Source: Octopus vulgaris
Taxonomy: Eukaryota
NCBI GenBank assembly: GCA_951406725.2
Contig: OX597828.1
Span: forward strand, 3,286,001-3,350,000
Direction of reading: 5' to 3'
DNA: 64,000 bases
Part shown: positions 27,508 to 40,462 of the stretch, in pieces
Position numbering within the stretch: position 1 is the first letter of the stretch
Layout: each line of letters starts with the position of its first letter
Made by a program: the position numbers and the translations under genes
Notes under the pieces: generated by a model
The model's input: only the letters and a program-made list of their open reading frames with translations
Told to the model about the DNA's origin: nothing
The model's database searches: none

Positions 27508-28682
27508 GCTAAATGAAGGAAAAAACAAAACGCATCGTGTATATATGTATGTATAAACACTTCTAAGCCAAGTGCGTGCACATATCTTTGTGTGTGTGTG
27601 TGTGTATATACAAAATAAACACATACACACAGGCACGTGTGAGTATATGTATTCATAGATATATACCTATAAAACATACATACACACATGTATATGAAAA
27701 TGTGCATTAAGTGTATATATATATATATATATACCTTTATATATATATCTGTATGTATATGTGTGTATATATTGAATTACAAATATGCATATTGATGTTT
27801 GTGTATACATGTAATAATGCATTACATACACGTATGCATATAGTATTTATATGCATTTTTATATATTTGAAGATGTATGTGCGTGTGTATTTGCATATAT
27901 GTATAAAAATATATAAATATACATATACACCTATGTATATGTATGTACACACACACTCACACACACACACACGCACACACATCGTTATGTTTTATATATA
28001 CAAATTGTTACTGTATTTTTTAAATCCATTTCTATAATTTGCCGTTTCCGAACTAAATTTATTGTTAAAAGTTGATGTTAAAGAATTGCGTGAACATCAA
28101 TGTTTCATTTTGTTTGTATTTCCTGTTGTATCTTTAGTTCAATATTTCTCTACTTTATTTGCAACACGATTCAGCAGACAAATTTTATAGTTTTTTGTCT
28201 GTAATTTTCAATATTACTTTATGTTTTTTCGTTTTGCTTTCCGGTTTGTAATTCCAAGAACGTAACGTAGGAAGCAAACGGCGCAGTATTTATAAGACTG
28301 TGACTGAACCAGTGTAAATATGTGTTCATGTGAAGGAATGTTTGAATGTGAGGTATATGTGACTGAGTTATGGTTCAATTTGTATGGCAAATATTTTCGC
28401 ATATTTATATATGTATGAATGTTTGAATGTATAGATGTATGTATAAGCGCATGTGTGAATGCTAAACACGCAATATGCGCAATATGCATAACAATCAGGT
28501 GGGCTTTTTGAGAACTGCTTCATGAAAATCATAAGGCTAGAAAACTAGATAAACAGGCGCGTTTTGCTGGCTTTCTCAGTTTCTTATTGAAGTTTGTTTT
28601 AGAAATCTTTTGGATTTTGTTACAAGCAACTGACAAAATATTCCTACGTATATATAGTTACGTCTGTCTGCCTGTCTATATA

Positions 28683-28756
<74 letters not shown>

Positions 28757-31118
28757 CACACAAGCACAGAGACTTTCGTCGTAGTCAAAAGGTTGAATAG
28801 GAATAGTGACTTGAAAGTTTCGGCCAGGTACATTTGAGTTCATCTTGGTTTTCTAATGTTCTAATTTAAGTTCACTCACCTACACACACATACACCCACG
28901 CACACGCACACACCCACACGCACACACATACACACATACACATAAGGCAAAAAGATGGAGAACTAACCTGGCTTAAAATGTTATTTAATCACTTATCTTA
29001 TTTGTTACAATTATGTTTTATAATAGCCGACACACCTAATATACATACATAATTACAGAAGTTTAAATACTGGACTTAATTCTGAACTTTAACCCTCACA
29101 TTCTTAACATGAAAGGCTAAATCTCCCATTTGTCTCCAAATAAAACCAATAACAATTAAACCTAGTGACACATCTACTGACCAACAAACCCCTTCACCTG
29201 CCTGCATTCCTTTGTGGACCTCTAAGAGACAATCCCATGGTCTGAAGCTAACACACCTAAATAGACACACTTTGTTACATGCATGAATGAATTCTGAATG
29301 ATAGTACAATCCCAAATATAGTCAATTAGAAAGTTTCGTAGCGCACCTCCATCACAACGTACCTTACAACCAAATTTTCAGGTAACAAAGCCTCGCTTAA
29401 AGTAGAAAACTTCAACTTAACGGAGACTCTATTTACAGCGAAGATCATCTCACATGTACCACAATCCGATTATGGCTTAGCTGCCCAAAGCTTCGAAGTC
29501 ACTATCAATACTATTCTTCTTGAAGAATAATAAACTTATAGTCTAGTATAATATTGAGTAATCCTTCAGTTTATTGTAAAATTGGTTTTATAACTTAACA
29601 TAAAGCAAATACACACACACGTGCAAACACAGTCACACATACTCACGCACCCACTCACATATTTATGTTTACAATGCACACATACATATATATTTAACAG
29701 ATGGAAAGCATCACAGTGTTTTGAAATGCGACTAAGAAAGAAACTACTCGGTACTGTGATATAGAGTAGACTAATTATTATTCAAGACTGAGTTTATGTA
29801 AATCGCATCTTGAAGTTTCTCTTTTGCTAATTCTAAGTAACACGTTTGCATGTCCGACTGATACAAAACGGAATTATACTAAAACATTAATTTATACAGT
29901 TTGGCAGATTTCATTCTCTAAACTGACACATTGCTGAGACTAGATTGACAATTACACAGACACATTATTAAAGTGAAACTGCATAAATACTATGTACTTA
30001 TGTGATTATGACTCAAAACTATATACTTTTGATATACTAGGATAACAAATAAACGAATACTGGAAACTTTTCTGCAAAATCCTGAAAAAACGTATTCACT
30101 CTGTATTTCGTTGTTATGTTCAATTATATTTATATAGGAGTGATTTGTTCCTCCAGAGCAGCAAAGCAGGATGATATGCCGGGATATTTTACAACGTCGC
30201 GCAATATCTTCCATTGTGTCTGTATCAGATTTTGCCGAGATATTTCTAGATTGAAACTGTACGTTACTTATACTTTTGCTAATTTCCATGAATATTATTC
30301 CCCTTCAGTTGGTAGAGTAAGTGGTATTTTCTTCGAGAAGTTATGCTATATTCTCATCAAGTCAAGCTTTTGTCACCCAGTTTTCTTAAAAAGATTTTTT
30401 TGACATGAAAGGTTTTACTATACTTGGTGTAACCCGATCGCGTGTCTTATTGCTATGTGGAGTTGTTGATTAATTTGAAGTGAAATCTTAAATCCCCAAT
30501 GTATCTGATTTTGTAGAGCGAGATTTACAGCTTCTATAGTTTGTTCAGTGTACTTGGATATTCTGTTTCACCAGCACAGAATTATGAAGTAACAATTATT
30601 GTGTAAAATATGTGGCAGACACAGCTCAAAAAGTTGTCTTTCTTTGTGATCTCATTCAAGCAAAGAGAAATGCAGTGTTTAGGCATAAGCGAAGATTAGA
30701 TTAGTTAAAATATGTTTGTGACGTATTTCAACCTTTAAAAGCAAATTTACCGTGGATAAATAATGTTCTTTGGTAAAAAGGTGTAAAAAAAACCATATCC
30801 GCCCAGTACTGCCCCTATCAGATTCCCAGACGCGTTCCTAGCTCTTTAGCCGTTCTCAATGGGAAATACCTAAGAGAGGTGAGTGTGTTTATATGAATAT
30901 ATATGCGCTCGCTCATAAACACACGTATGTATGTAAGTAAATATATGGAAGTAATTACTAAACTTCCTCAGTATTTGCTAAACTGGTGTACATATGTTGC
31001 GATTTAGCTTTTAACTGTCGCATACATTATGTAATATAATTCACTCCGTTCAAAAATGCGGAATCTTTTAGACAGATTATGCTCGACTTATTTCTTTGAG
31101 GGACCATCAACTATAACA

Positions 31119-32350
31119 AGTAGCTTGAGTCAAAGGTGTTTTCGTATTTCAAATTTTAATAGGTCATTTAAACTACATACAAAAAACCCCTTTATTCACT
31201 AAATATATCTCATGTTCTATTGTCTATTGCTAACGCTGTACCAGAAGCTCAATTCCACGCTTATAGCATCTGATTAGTTTAGAGGTAAAACCTCCCTGTT
31301 TCCGTTTTTAGCCTTGTCCACAATGCTGAACCTCGTTCCATGTAGGAAAAGACCTACCTTCAGACCTTGCACAATCAGATAACATTTTCTGAGTTCCATG
31401 GCTTAGAAAAGTGGTAACCTAGTGGTACAATCTCTGGACTGTAGGTATAGAGGGTGAAACAGCACTTCCAGCCCATAAAGTTCTTCCTCAAGTTTGCTCT
31501 TGGCCACATTCGTAGGATGTGCTGCAGCATTGCTATGCTGTAGGAGTGTGGATCTTTGACCAATGTCGAGTATCTGGCTTTCAAAGCATCAGATGCCCAC
31601 TGCAGTTGTTGAGCTCAAAGGTTAGCATTATCAGCATGACCGTCTGGCACAAGCTCAAAGTGCACACACCCTCTAAATTCCACCAAACGTGCATCATGGC
31701 CTTCTGTTTGAAAACGTTCTGGAACCTGGCTAGGATTATGAAAATAGATCCACTTACAATTCGACGCCCAAAATAGGCATCGCGAGGATTTGCCAGCAGT
31801 TGTTAGCAAATGTTCATACGTTATTGAGCCTTGCCAACAGCATTTGTTGACAAGGCCGAGATTATGGAGGTACCGATTGATAGTGCTTTGAGAATGATCA
31901 AGATCTGCCGAGAATGTGATAGTGCTTGTGCTTGGCAGTTGTTCAACCATTTCAAGCACGCCCCATTTTCCACAGCAGAAAGTCGCTTGGGCCTTGGCTT
32001 GTGTTCGAGGCTGGTTTCGTCTTCCTTGAAACGCCTGAACCGGTTTTTTTGTCACACGTTCGTTGACAGTTTCCGTGCCTACAATATCAATTTGCTGCTG
32101 CTGTTGCACTCAGTCCTTTTTTTCCTTATAAGGTGGTGAAAATGGCTCTGTTTGCAATTTTCTCTACTCTGTATCAAAACTGTAAATAAGGAATAAGCAA
32201 TTAATGTTTGTATGTTATAGATGAATATAAAGAATAAACAATTTAGCAAAGATAGGACATTTTGCATCAAATTGATGATATAACATGGAGATACAAGTTG
32301 CCCAAAAATCATCAGTGAATATCCGAAAATACTTCTGACTCAACCTGGTA
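31119..32350 (-). mobile_element. Decayed full-length mariner (about 1.23 kb)
   Basis: Degenerate TIRs ttgagtcaaaggtgttttcg / cgaaaatacttctgactcaa; transposase remnants STINRYLHNLG, KWIYFHNP, VHFELVPDG, YSPEIVPLGYHFS. Confidence 0.75.
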
Positions 32351-32412
32351 TACTGTTTATTTACCCCCCTACACACATTATATACATACATGCATACATA
32401 TATACATATATG

Positions 32413-32474
<62 letters not shown>

Positions 32475-32500
32475 CATATATATATACATATAGAAATACA

Positions 32501-32536
<36 letters not shown>

Positions 32537-32924
32537 ACTATACGCTTCTTAATTTAATAAAAATATAATTTAGGCCCGGCAGTGAGAAATAGAAATTTTA
32601 CCATAAATTTAATCAGTTTTGGGACAGACAAAGTAAGGTCTAGTTAGTTACTAGTGTTGTTAGATATTCACCAGAGAAAGAATATCCCACTTTGGTCACA
32701 AATTGTGTTGTAGCTTATAGTTATTTACAGTACATTCAAACCCAGAAAGATTGAGGTCAACAAAATGCTGTTTAGTGCTCTATAAATTGAATAATTAATC
32801 CACGTTGTCACATTTGTACTTCTATGTAAATTGGACGGAACCTGTTCTGGCGCAACCTAATTTGTTAAAACTATAAATATGTATGGCATACTAAGTTCTC
32901 TGTGGACAGATGATTGTTCTCTTT

Positions 32925-32957
32925 CTGATGACAGTATAAGAAGACTTGAAACTAGTC
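32925..32957 (+). ncRNA. Hammerhead-like core lacking an adjacent stem I
   Basis: CTGATGA c agt..act t GAAA ctag TC with palindromic stem III ACTAGT, just upstream of (TA)n. Confidence 0.45.
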
Positions 32958-32970
32958 ATCTCGGTTATGA

Positions 32971-33040
<70 letters not shown>

Positions 33041-33044
<4 letters not shown>

Positions 33045-34237
33045 CTTGATCACCTTGACCGACCAGTCCGTCGGGCGTCCATTTGACACCGCTGGTCACA
33101 GCACGCTGTCCACTCCTCTCTGGATCGCGTCTTTCTCATCCACATGATCCCAATCGTCCTCCTCCCAATCCACCGTCGTGGAGGCCTTCCGGGTGGTCGT
33201 TTCCGCTCGCGCGGGTACCACTCGACAACTGTGCGGGTCCACCGATTATCGGTGAGCCGGGCGATGTGTCCCGCCATTTAAAGTTACTGCATGTATACTC
33301 TGCGATGACATCCCTCACGCCGGACTTCTTTCTGATGATCTCGCTACTGATGTGCTCTCTCAACGAGATACCAAGCATTGACCTTTCCATGGCTCTTTGA
33401 GTCGTTACCAGTCTCTGCTCTTCTCTCTTTGTGGTAGCCCATGTTTCACTACCATATAACATTGCAGGTAGAACTGTACTGTTGATGAGGTTGGCGCGGG
33501 TGGTCCTGTCCAACCTTCCCTTGAACACATCCCTTATGCCATTAAACGCCTTCCATCCGGCCCTTACTCTCCGTGAGATATCCTTTTCGATATCTCGGCA
33601 CATATTCACTTCCTGTCCCAGGTAGACATATTCCTTTACCTCCTCTATTTCATCACTGCCGATCACCATTCGACTTGTTGGTACGTTGTCTGACCGCATG
33701 AACTTCGTTTTCATGCGGTTCATCTTGAGAGCTACTGCAGAGCTTTTGATGTCGAGCTCCGTCAGCATAGTCTGAAGCTGATCCGTGGTTTCAGCGATGA
33801 TCACGAAGTTGTCAGCGAAACGGAGGTGGGTGAGGAGCTCGCCATTGATGTTGACACCGCCTCGCCAGTCGATGCCTCTGATGATCTGCCCGAAACATGC
33901 TGTGAAAAGTTTTGGGGAAATCGTATCTCCTTGCTTCACTCCCTTCTCGACCGGCACTCGTACGGGTGATGACAGCAGAGCTATGTCGGTGGTGCATCCG
34001 GAATTTGCCTTCCTGAGCAGTTGCAGATATTGCGCCTCAACTCCTTGCCTCTGCAGCGAGTTCAGCACTGCGTTGGTTTCGACGCTATCGAAGGCCTTCT
34101 CATAGTCTACAAACGCAACGCAAAGAGGCAGCTTGTACTCATTCGCTCGCTCAAGCACTTGTGTTAGAGTAAATATATGGTCCATTGTGCTGTAGTTCTT
34201 CCGGAAGCCGGCTTGTTCCCTCGGTTGTTGTTCGTCG
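33041..34237 (-). mobile_element. 5'-truncated RTE-clade LINE (RT domain to 3' end)
   Basis: EQAGFRKNYSTMDHIF, FVDYEKAFDSV, GVKQGDTISPKLF, LRFADN (YADD motif mutated), YGSETW, frameshift into WAGHIARL..GRPPRRW; 3' tail (tcaccttga)2; flanked by (TA)n. Confidence 0.95.
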
Positions 34238-34252
34238 ATATATATAGATATA

Positions 34253-34531
34253 GGTGGAGGCGCAATGGCCCAGTGGTTAGGGCAGCGGACTCGCGGTCGG
34301 AGGATCGCGGTTTCGATTCCCAGACCGGGCTTAGAGTGTGTTTATTGAGCGGAAACACCTAAAAGCCCCACGAGGCTCCGGCAGGATGTGGTGGCGATTC
34401 CTGTTGTACTCTTTCGCCACAACTCTCTCTCTCTCTCTCTTCCTGTTTCTTGAGTAACGCTGCGATGGACTGGCGTCCCGTCCAGCTGGGAGGTACACAC
34501 GCGCCACAGAAACTGGGAAACCGGGCCCATG
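34253..34531 (+). mobile_element. tRNA-derived SINE (family D)
   Basis: A-box tggcccagtgg, B-box gtttcgattcc; 3' gcgatggactggcgtcccgtccag; second copy at 48612-48770. Confidence 0.85.
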
Positions 34532-36441
34532 ATCGAGAGAGGCAGACAGAGAGAAAAGAGTTTGATATATAGAAAGTTGCGACATACTAGGAAGAGCTAG
34601 TGAAAGAACGAAAGAGTGAGAGAGAGAGAGAGAGAGAAAGAAAGAAAGAGAGAGAAGGAGAGGGAAGGAGAAAAAGGAAGAGAGAGACAGAATAAGGACA
34701 GGATAAAGTGAAAGAGAGAAAATGAGATTGGAGATATAATACTGTGAAATATGTAGGTAAAGAAACAAATAAAGTAGAGATATAGGGATAAAGATAGATG
34801 AAGATATAAAGAGAGATGCAGAGTTGCCATATAGTGACATTGGTAGATAGTAAAATAGAGAGGGAGAAATGGAGTAAAGTGATAATTGTGGCGAGATAGA
34901 AAGGGCGAGACAGAAAAAGAGTGAGAGGGAGGAGGGAAATAGTAAAGTGGAAAAATAAAAAGTTGTGCCTCCTTATCGATTAACTCAGTCGATCCTACAC
35001 CATCTTCCCCACCTTTTACGTTCCTATCATCTTAATTTTCCGTTACTTCGTTTCTTTATTATTTTATCTTGACTCCCATGTTTCGACCACATTTTTTTAT
35101 CTCTTTATATATTCTGTTTTTTTTTTTTCACTTTCTAGTTTCCTTTCCTTCATCTCTTGCAGAACTGTTTAATTACCATTCGTCTGCTAGAATTATTGAA
35201 TAGAGAGAAATAAAAATAAGAATCCTTTCTTATTCACTCACACGTGATTCTTCAACAATTTCATTGATAATTTTGCTTTATATATTTATTTAATGTAATT
35301 ATTTCAATTTAGTAGTTGGCTTGAGTTATTTTTTTACTGAGAATTTTTTAAAACTTTTATTTCGAAATGAATTTCATTCAAAATTCTAGTTCGCTCTCTT
35401 GTCTTCTGCTAGAGTCTTTCCCTGTAATCAATCTATTAATTTAATTAGTAATGAATGATTTGCAGTAAAGATAATTTTCCAGAAATCTGCAACGCCACGA
35501 GGTTTCGATTTCAAGTCAAACTACTTACTTTCCACCACTGTTGCTGTGGGCAACATCAGAGATATATCCCCTCACTGTCCCCACTTCTATATCATATAAT
35601 TCGTGTTCGTCAAAAACAAACCAATAATACTGATTTTATCAGTAAGTGTAGATGGTCCAACCAATGGATCACTGCAATATATCAACCTTCTCAACAAAAC
35701 TTTAGTCACTGTTACCGATTACTAATCAAAATAATATCTAGTTTCAGGCGTAGACATGATTGTGTGGTTAAGAATTACACTTTGAAATCCTGTTGTTCCG
35801 AGTTACATAATACTGAGAAGTACCTGGGTCAAATGCTTTTTCCTTGTTTCCTTCCGCCGACCAGTTTGGTAAAACGAAGCTGCGGGAGTTCATTGTGTAT
35901 ATGTACATGTGTCTGTGTTTACTTGTATAAATCGATGTCATGTTGCGCCTTGTATGTCAAAATCGTAACTTAGCGCTTCGATAAATGGGGTTAGATAACA
36001 GAGACAAATAATTTTGAAAAAACACTGAGATTTGTATAATCCTTGAAAAGGTTGCTCTAGCAGGACTGTTTTTCAATTTCATTACAGTAAGAGGTAACTG
36101 ACAGTGAACCTAGATCGCAACTCGATTTCGATATTCGGTCGAACGTTTTTCACTTCCGGATTTCATTTCTTCTTAATCAGCAGAAATAAATATTTAAAAG
36201 AGCTGAACAAGATAGAGTACGCCGAAATTCCTGGTGATTTGAGTTAGCAATACATGTCTGATATAAAATTTGTATATTTACGTTGTTAACAATACCCCTG
36301 CGAAAACTATAGAAGTCATTCTATTTCACGTTCTCTTAAAGATGTAATTTTCCCTCCACTGTGAGGGTTGGATTTAGCAGAAATCCTAAAATCACTAAAC
36401 TCATAAAATAGTGTTTCCAGTGTAAATTTGGTCCGGATTTG

Positions 36442-36650
36442 AAGGCGGCGAGGTGCCAGAATCGTTACTACACCAGACAAAATGCTATGGACCATTTCTT
36501 CTATCTTTACGTTCACAGTTGAAATGCTGCCTCGGTGGACTTTGCCTGTTATCCTTTTAGGGTCAATAAAATAAATGTCAGTTGAGCACGGGTCGATGTA
36601 ATCGACTAACCTCTTCCTCCATATTAGAAGCCTTGTGTCTATAGTAGAAG
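36442..36650 (-). mobile_element. SINE family C, diverged
   Basis: aaggcggcgagg...actttgcctgttatccttttagggtcaataaaataa pattern; orientation tentative, the head motif reads on the + strand. Confidence 0.55.
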
Positions 36651-37310
36651 TAAAAAGAGTAGAAATTTGGCCCATACGATTGCACCTCACGCACACACAC
36701 ACAAACACATACACATTCTATTTCATTAGTTTCTATTGTCTATGATGTTGCTGTTTTAGCAGTTGTTAGTGCTGCTGGTGTGACCGTTGCTGTTAAAATT
36801 AATACGAAATGTAGTTAACAAAGAAATATAGAAATGCAGTCTAGAATCTTTATTAATGTAAATCTAGTTAATAACGATCAATATAATTAACTACAGCCGC
36901 AATACAATGAAAAACAAACAACTGTTACGTGGACTTGGATTCATAGTTCCATGCACACACAAAAATGCTCTCACACGTACAAACACACATACATACGCAC
37001 TGACACACACAGGAAAGCGTATCAGTAAATTAATGGCTCTCGATCAGAATTTTCGACCATGGATGTTCAGTAGTTCGATGAACTGAACAGCAGGCTCATT
37101 GAACCAGTGTTTATGTGGCTGAGTATTCCACAGACACGTGTACCTCTCAGGCGAAATCAGTGTGACTGTCTGACAACGCTGGGGATTTAAATAGCTGATA
37201 CAATCCGTCCGGGGAGCTTTCTGTCTCCCCAATATCACTCATAAAATATTTCGTTTCACGCAGCAAAATCGAAATCTTTCGGCCATATTGTGCCTACAAC
37301 TAATGATGAT

Positions 37311-37428
37311 GCTTACAGCACTCAGGTTTCCGTAGCAGTCACCCATCTAAGTTATAACCAGGCTCGACGCTGCTTAACTTCGGTGATTGTATGAGAACTG
37401 GTGCTTGCAATGTGATATGGCCATAAGA
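37311..37428 (-). pseudogene. Full-length 5S rRNA pseudogene
   Basis: Minus strand cttatggccatatcac...atcaccgaagttaagcagcgtcgagcctggtt...gatgggtgactgc...gtgctgtaagc; solitary, many CpG-type transitions, short (ATC)n tail. Confidence 0.9.
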
Positions 37429-37609
37429 ACATATTAGTAAACTGATACAAATAACAGTTATCAAACGCTAACATAGACATCAACAAGGCAAACACAAATA
37501 CTGCCTGATCCAAACATATACACCTATTTCTATATACAAATCCATTTATTGAAATATACGAAAATAAACTGTCATTCTGTTTGGTTACGGAACAGTCTGC
37601 ACATGAAAT

Positions 37610-37782
37610 TAACAGACACGTGGACCCTTAACATAGTTCTCAGGGGGATTCAGCGTGACACAGAGTTTCACAAGGCTGGCCCATTCGAATTGGAGATACA
37701 ACCCATTTTTGCCATTTGAATGGACTGGAGGAACGTGAAATAAAGTGTTTTGCACAAGGACACACTCATCGCTGGGAATCGA
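37610..37782 (-). mobile_element. tRNA-SINE fragment related to family B
   Basis: gactggaggaacgtgaaataaagtgttttgcacaaggacac matches the family B central domain. Confidence 0.6.
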
Positions 37783-37889
37783 TATATATAAAGTTAATCC
37801 AAACAAGAAAGCACAAAAAACACAACAACGCGAGGACGTGGAACAAATATAGTATTATTGGACGCTCAGGAAAGAAGGGAAGAAGGAGG

Positions 37890-37924
37890 GTTTAACGTTT
37901 CGAGCGGAGCTCTTCGTCGGAAAC
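37890..37924 (-). ncRNA. Minimal hammerhead motif in a pLTR-like element at about 37790-37995
   Basis: Minus strand: gttt CCGACGA a gagc-tcc-gctc GAAA cg TT aaac. Confidence 0.65.
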
Positions 37925-38088
37925 ATAGAAGAAGAAAGATCCAGAGAAGGGAAGACAGAGGAAAAAAATCCCCAACGGTACACACGAGGTCACATATGTA
38001 TGTATGTATATATATATATAGGATATAGGGGTACGTTACGCCGCAATAATATATGTATAGAAATAATATATAAAATATAAATTACAAA

Positions 38089-38580
38089 GTGGGACAAGAA
38101 CGCAAAAACACACAAAGAGACGACACAAAAAAAACAGACGGGTCACTCGAAGCCTCAGTCGGAACCGGATCATCTTAGCAATTTCGGCTGTTTAATCTCG
38201 ATATCACTCCGAACCGGCCTTGCCGCAAAGGCATTTTTCAAATACGCCAGCCAAGATAAGTTAAAAATTGTCTAAAGTCGTAAGACGCTCGCTGTTTTTG
38301 TCCTGCTTACCATTCTTGTTTTTTATTTCTATTTTTTGTTTCTTGTATTTATATTCGTGTGGCATCCTGTCTTTGTTTCGTATACATTCGATCCTCTTTC
38401 CAAGAAATCTAATGCCTGTGGCTTAGTTTTTCCTTGGGGCTGGCCGGTTCGGAGTGATATCGAGATTAAACAGCCGAAATTGCTAAGATGATCCGGTTCC
38501 GACTGAAGATTAGAGGCTTCGAGTGACCCGTCTGTTTTTTTTTGTGTCGTCTCTTTGTGTGTTTTTGCGTTCTTGTCCCA
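38089..38580. repeat. Inverted repeat A (arms 38089-38219 and 38442-38580)
   Basis: Near-perfect reverse complement except an 8-nt deletion (agattaga) in the left arm. Confidence 0.95.
38453..38518 (+). ncRNA. Candidate non-circularly permuted hammerhead (family A)
   Basis: agtgat-A-tcgaga ... agcc-GAA-attgct ... ttccga-CTGAAGA-ttaga-ggct; strand order III'/I', II'/III, I/II. Confidence 0.45.
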
Positions 38581-38604
38581 TATATTTTATATATTATTTA
38601 TATA

Positions 38605-38656
<52 letters not shown>

Positions 38657-38868
38657 TAATAAATAAAATATATGCATACATACATATATGTACGTACATA
38701 CATCTACATGTATATATACATGCATATATAGATATATATACGTGAGTACAGGACACCACAAATAGACGTAGAACTCAACGAGAAACGAAACCGTAAAAAC
38801 AAGCATGGAACGGACCTTTTTTTAACAACGAAAAAACAGAGTACAAGACAAACTACACAAGGAAAAAT

Positions 38869-38929
38869 CCCCTTCATCAGCTGTCCCTAGTTTAACTCCA
38901 GCGTGTTTCGAAGGTGAGGACAGAACACG
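38869..38929 (-). ncRNA. Candidate non-circularly permuted hammerhead (family B, left copy)
   Basis: Minus strand: cgtgt-T-ctgtcct-cac-cttc-GAA-acacg-13 nt-a-gggacag-CTGATGA-a-gggg. Confidence 0.65.
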
Positions 38930-39220
38930 ACTCGTCGAACTAATCCTTCCTGCGAAAGAATTAAATAAAATTCCTTTGCAGAGGGGTGCGCTCGTGAATT
39001 TTTCCTCGTCTAGGCTTAAAGGCCCTCATTGTTTGTTTTCCTGTCCTGTTTTTATTCCTTCTTGTACTGTATTTTTTTGTAATTGTATTTTTATTTTCTA
39101 TTTGTTTTTAATTGTATTGTTTTTACGTCCTGTTTTTGTCACAGTTTTTTTTCCTTGTTTTTACCCCTCTGCAAAGGAATTTTATTTAATTCTTTCGCAC
39201 GAAGGATTAGTACGACGAGT

Positions 39221-39281
39221 CGTGTTCTGTCCTCACCTTCGAAACACGCTAAAATTGAATTAGGGACAGCTGATGAAGGGG
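39221..39281 (+). ncRNA. Candidate non-circularly permuted hammerhead (family B, right copy)
   Basis: Stem III cgtgt(39221-25)/acacg(39244-48); stem I ctgtcct(39227-33)/gggacag(39263-69); CTGATGA 39270-76; stem II cttc(39237-40)/gggg(39278-81). Confidence 0.65.
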
Positions 39282-39569
39282 ATTTTTCCTTGTGTAGTTT
39301 GTCTTGTACTCTGTTTTTTCGTTGTGAAAAAAAGGTCCGTTACATGCTTGTTTTTACGTTTTCGTTTCTCGTTGAGTTCTACGTCTATTTGTGGTGTCCT
39401 GTACTCACGTATATATATATTTATATATGCATGTATATATACATGTAGATGTAGGTACGTACATATATGTATGTATGCATATATTTTATTTATTACACTA
39501 TTGTATGACTGAGCGCCCTCGCGTCGATTCAATTCGATTCGTTTCGTTTCGTTCCTTCTTCTCTAAGCA

Positions 39570-39626
<57 letters not shown>

Positions 39627-39724
39627 GCATATGTATATATATGTTTATAAATATATATGTATATATGTATATGTATATAAAACGACCACAGTGGAGTACT
39701 GCCTTCACATCCCCGCATCCACAG

Positions 39725-40085
39725 AAAAGCCTCTGGTCAACGGGAGTGCTGTCGCTTCAGTATAGTTATTCTATCACTGTTCTAGTGGCCACTGTTTCTC
39801 GGAGCTGACCGGCCTCGTTCTTCCTCCAGTTAGACACTTCTCACCCTCTCGTCTCCTAACCCCTATCCACACTTCTTGCATCCAACTCCACCGGCATCAC
39901 TCTAACCACTATACCTACTCCTCCCTCAAAAGAACGACGACACCTGAAATCCTCCTCCTGCTTACGTTTCCTGCAGTTTTTGACATGGAACAGTTTAAAC
40001 GGTACATTAAAGGTTGCAGTCTCAATGGCCTCGGAGCCTCGAAGGGTTTGCAAAAATAACACGTTCTATCCCGTCCTTCAGACTT
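39725..40085 (+). mobile_element. 3' end fragment of an L2/CR1-group LINE
   Basis: AVASV*LFYHCSSGHCFSELTGLVLPP and [14 protein letters not shown] resemble the VASLSLFYRY...CSSEL and FPxxYDLxxFK C-terminal motifs. Confidence 0.55.
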
Positions 40086-40132
40086 AACAACACACATATA
40101 TATATACATACATACATACATACATACATACA

Positions 40133-40219
<87 letters not shown>

Positions 40220-40364
40220 ATATATATCGTCTATCTGTCCGAACGTTTTAATGCCCTCTATTGCGTTTTTGTTCCATTTTTATATTTATATTTATATACA
40301 AACATATATATATATATATATGTATATATGTATATATGTATATATATGTATATATGTATATACT

Positions 40365-40462
40365 CATCCATCCATCCATCCATCCATCCATCCATCCATC
40401 CATCCATCCATCCATCCATCCATCCATCCATCCATTCATCCATCCATCCATCCATCCATCCA
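40365..40462. repeat. (CATC)n tetranucleotide microsatellite
   Basis: Direct inspection. Confidence 0.95.

Larger units (their letters stand above)
38651..39501. repeat. Inverted repeat B (arms 38651-38987 and 39163-39501)
   Basis: About 335 bp arms, nearly identical, including about 90 bp of low-complexity flank. Confidence 0.95.

Noticed and set aside
30790-30885. GC box plus consensus donor GAG/GTGAGT as a first exon
   Set aside because: An isolated short motif expected by chance; the ATG is followed immediately by a stop.
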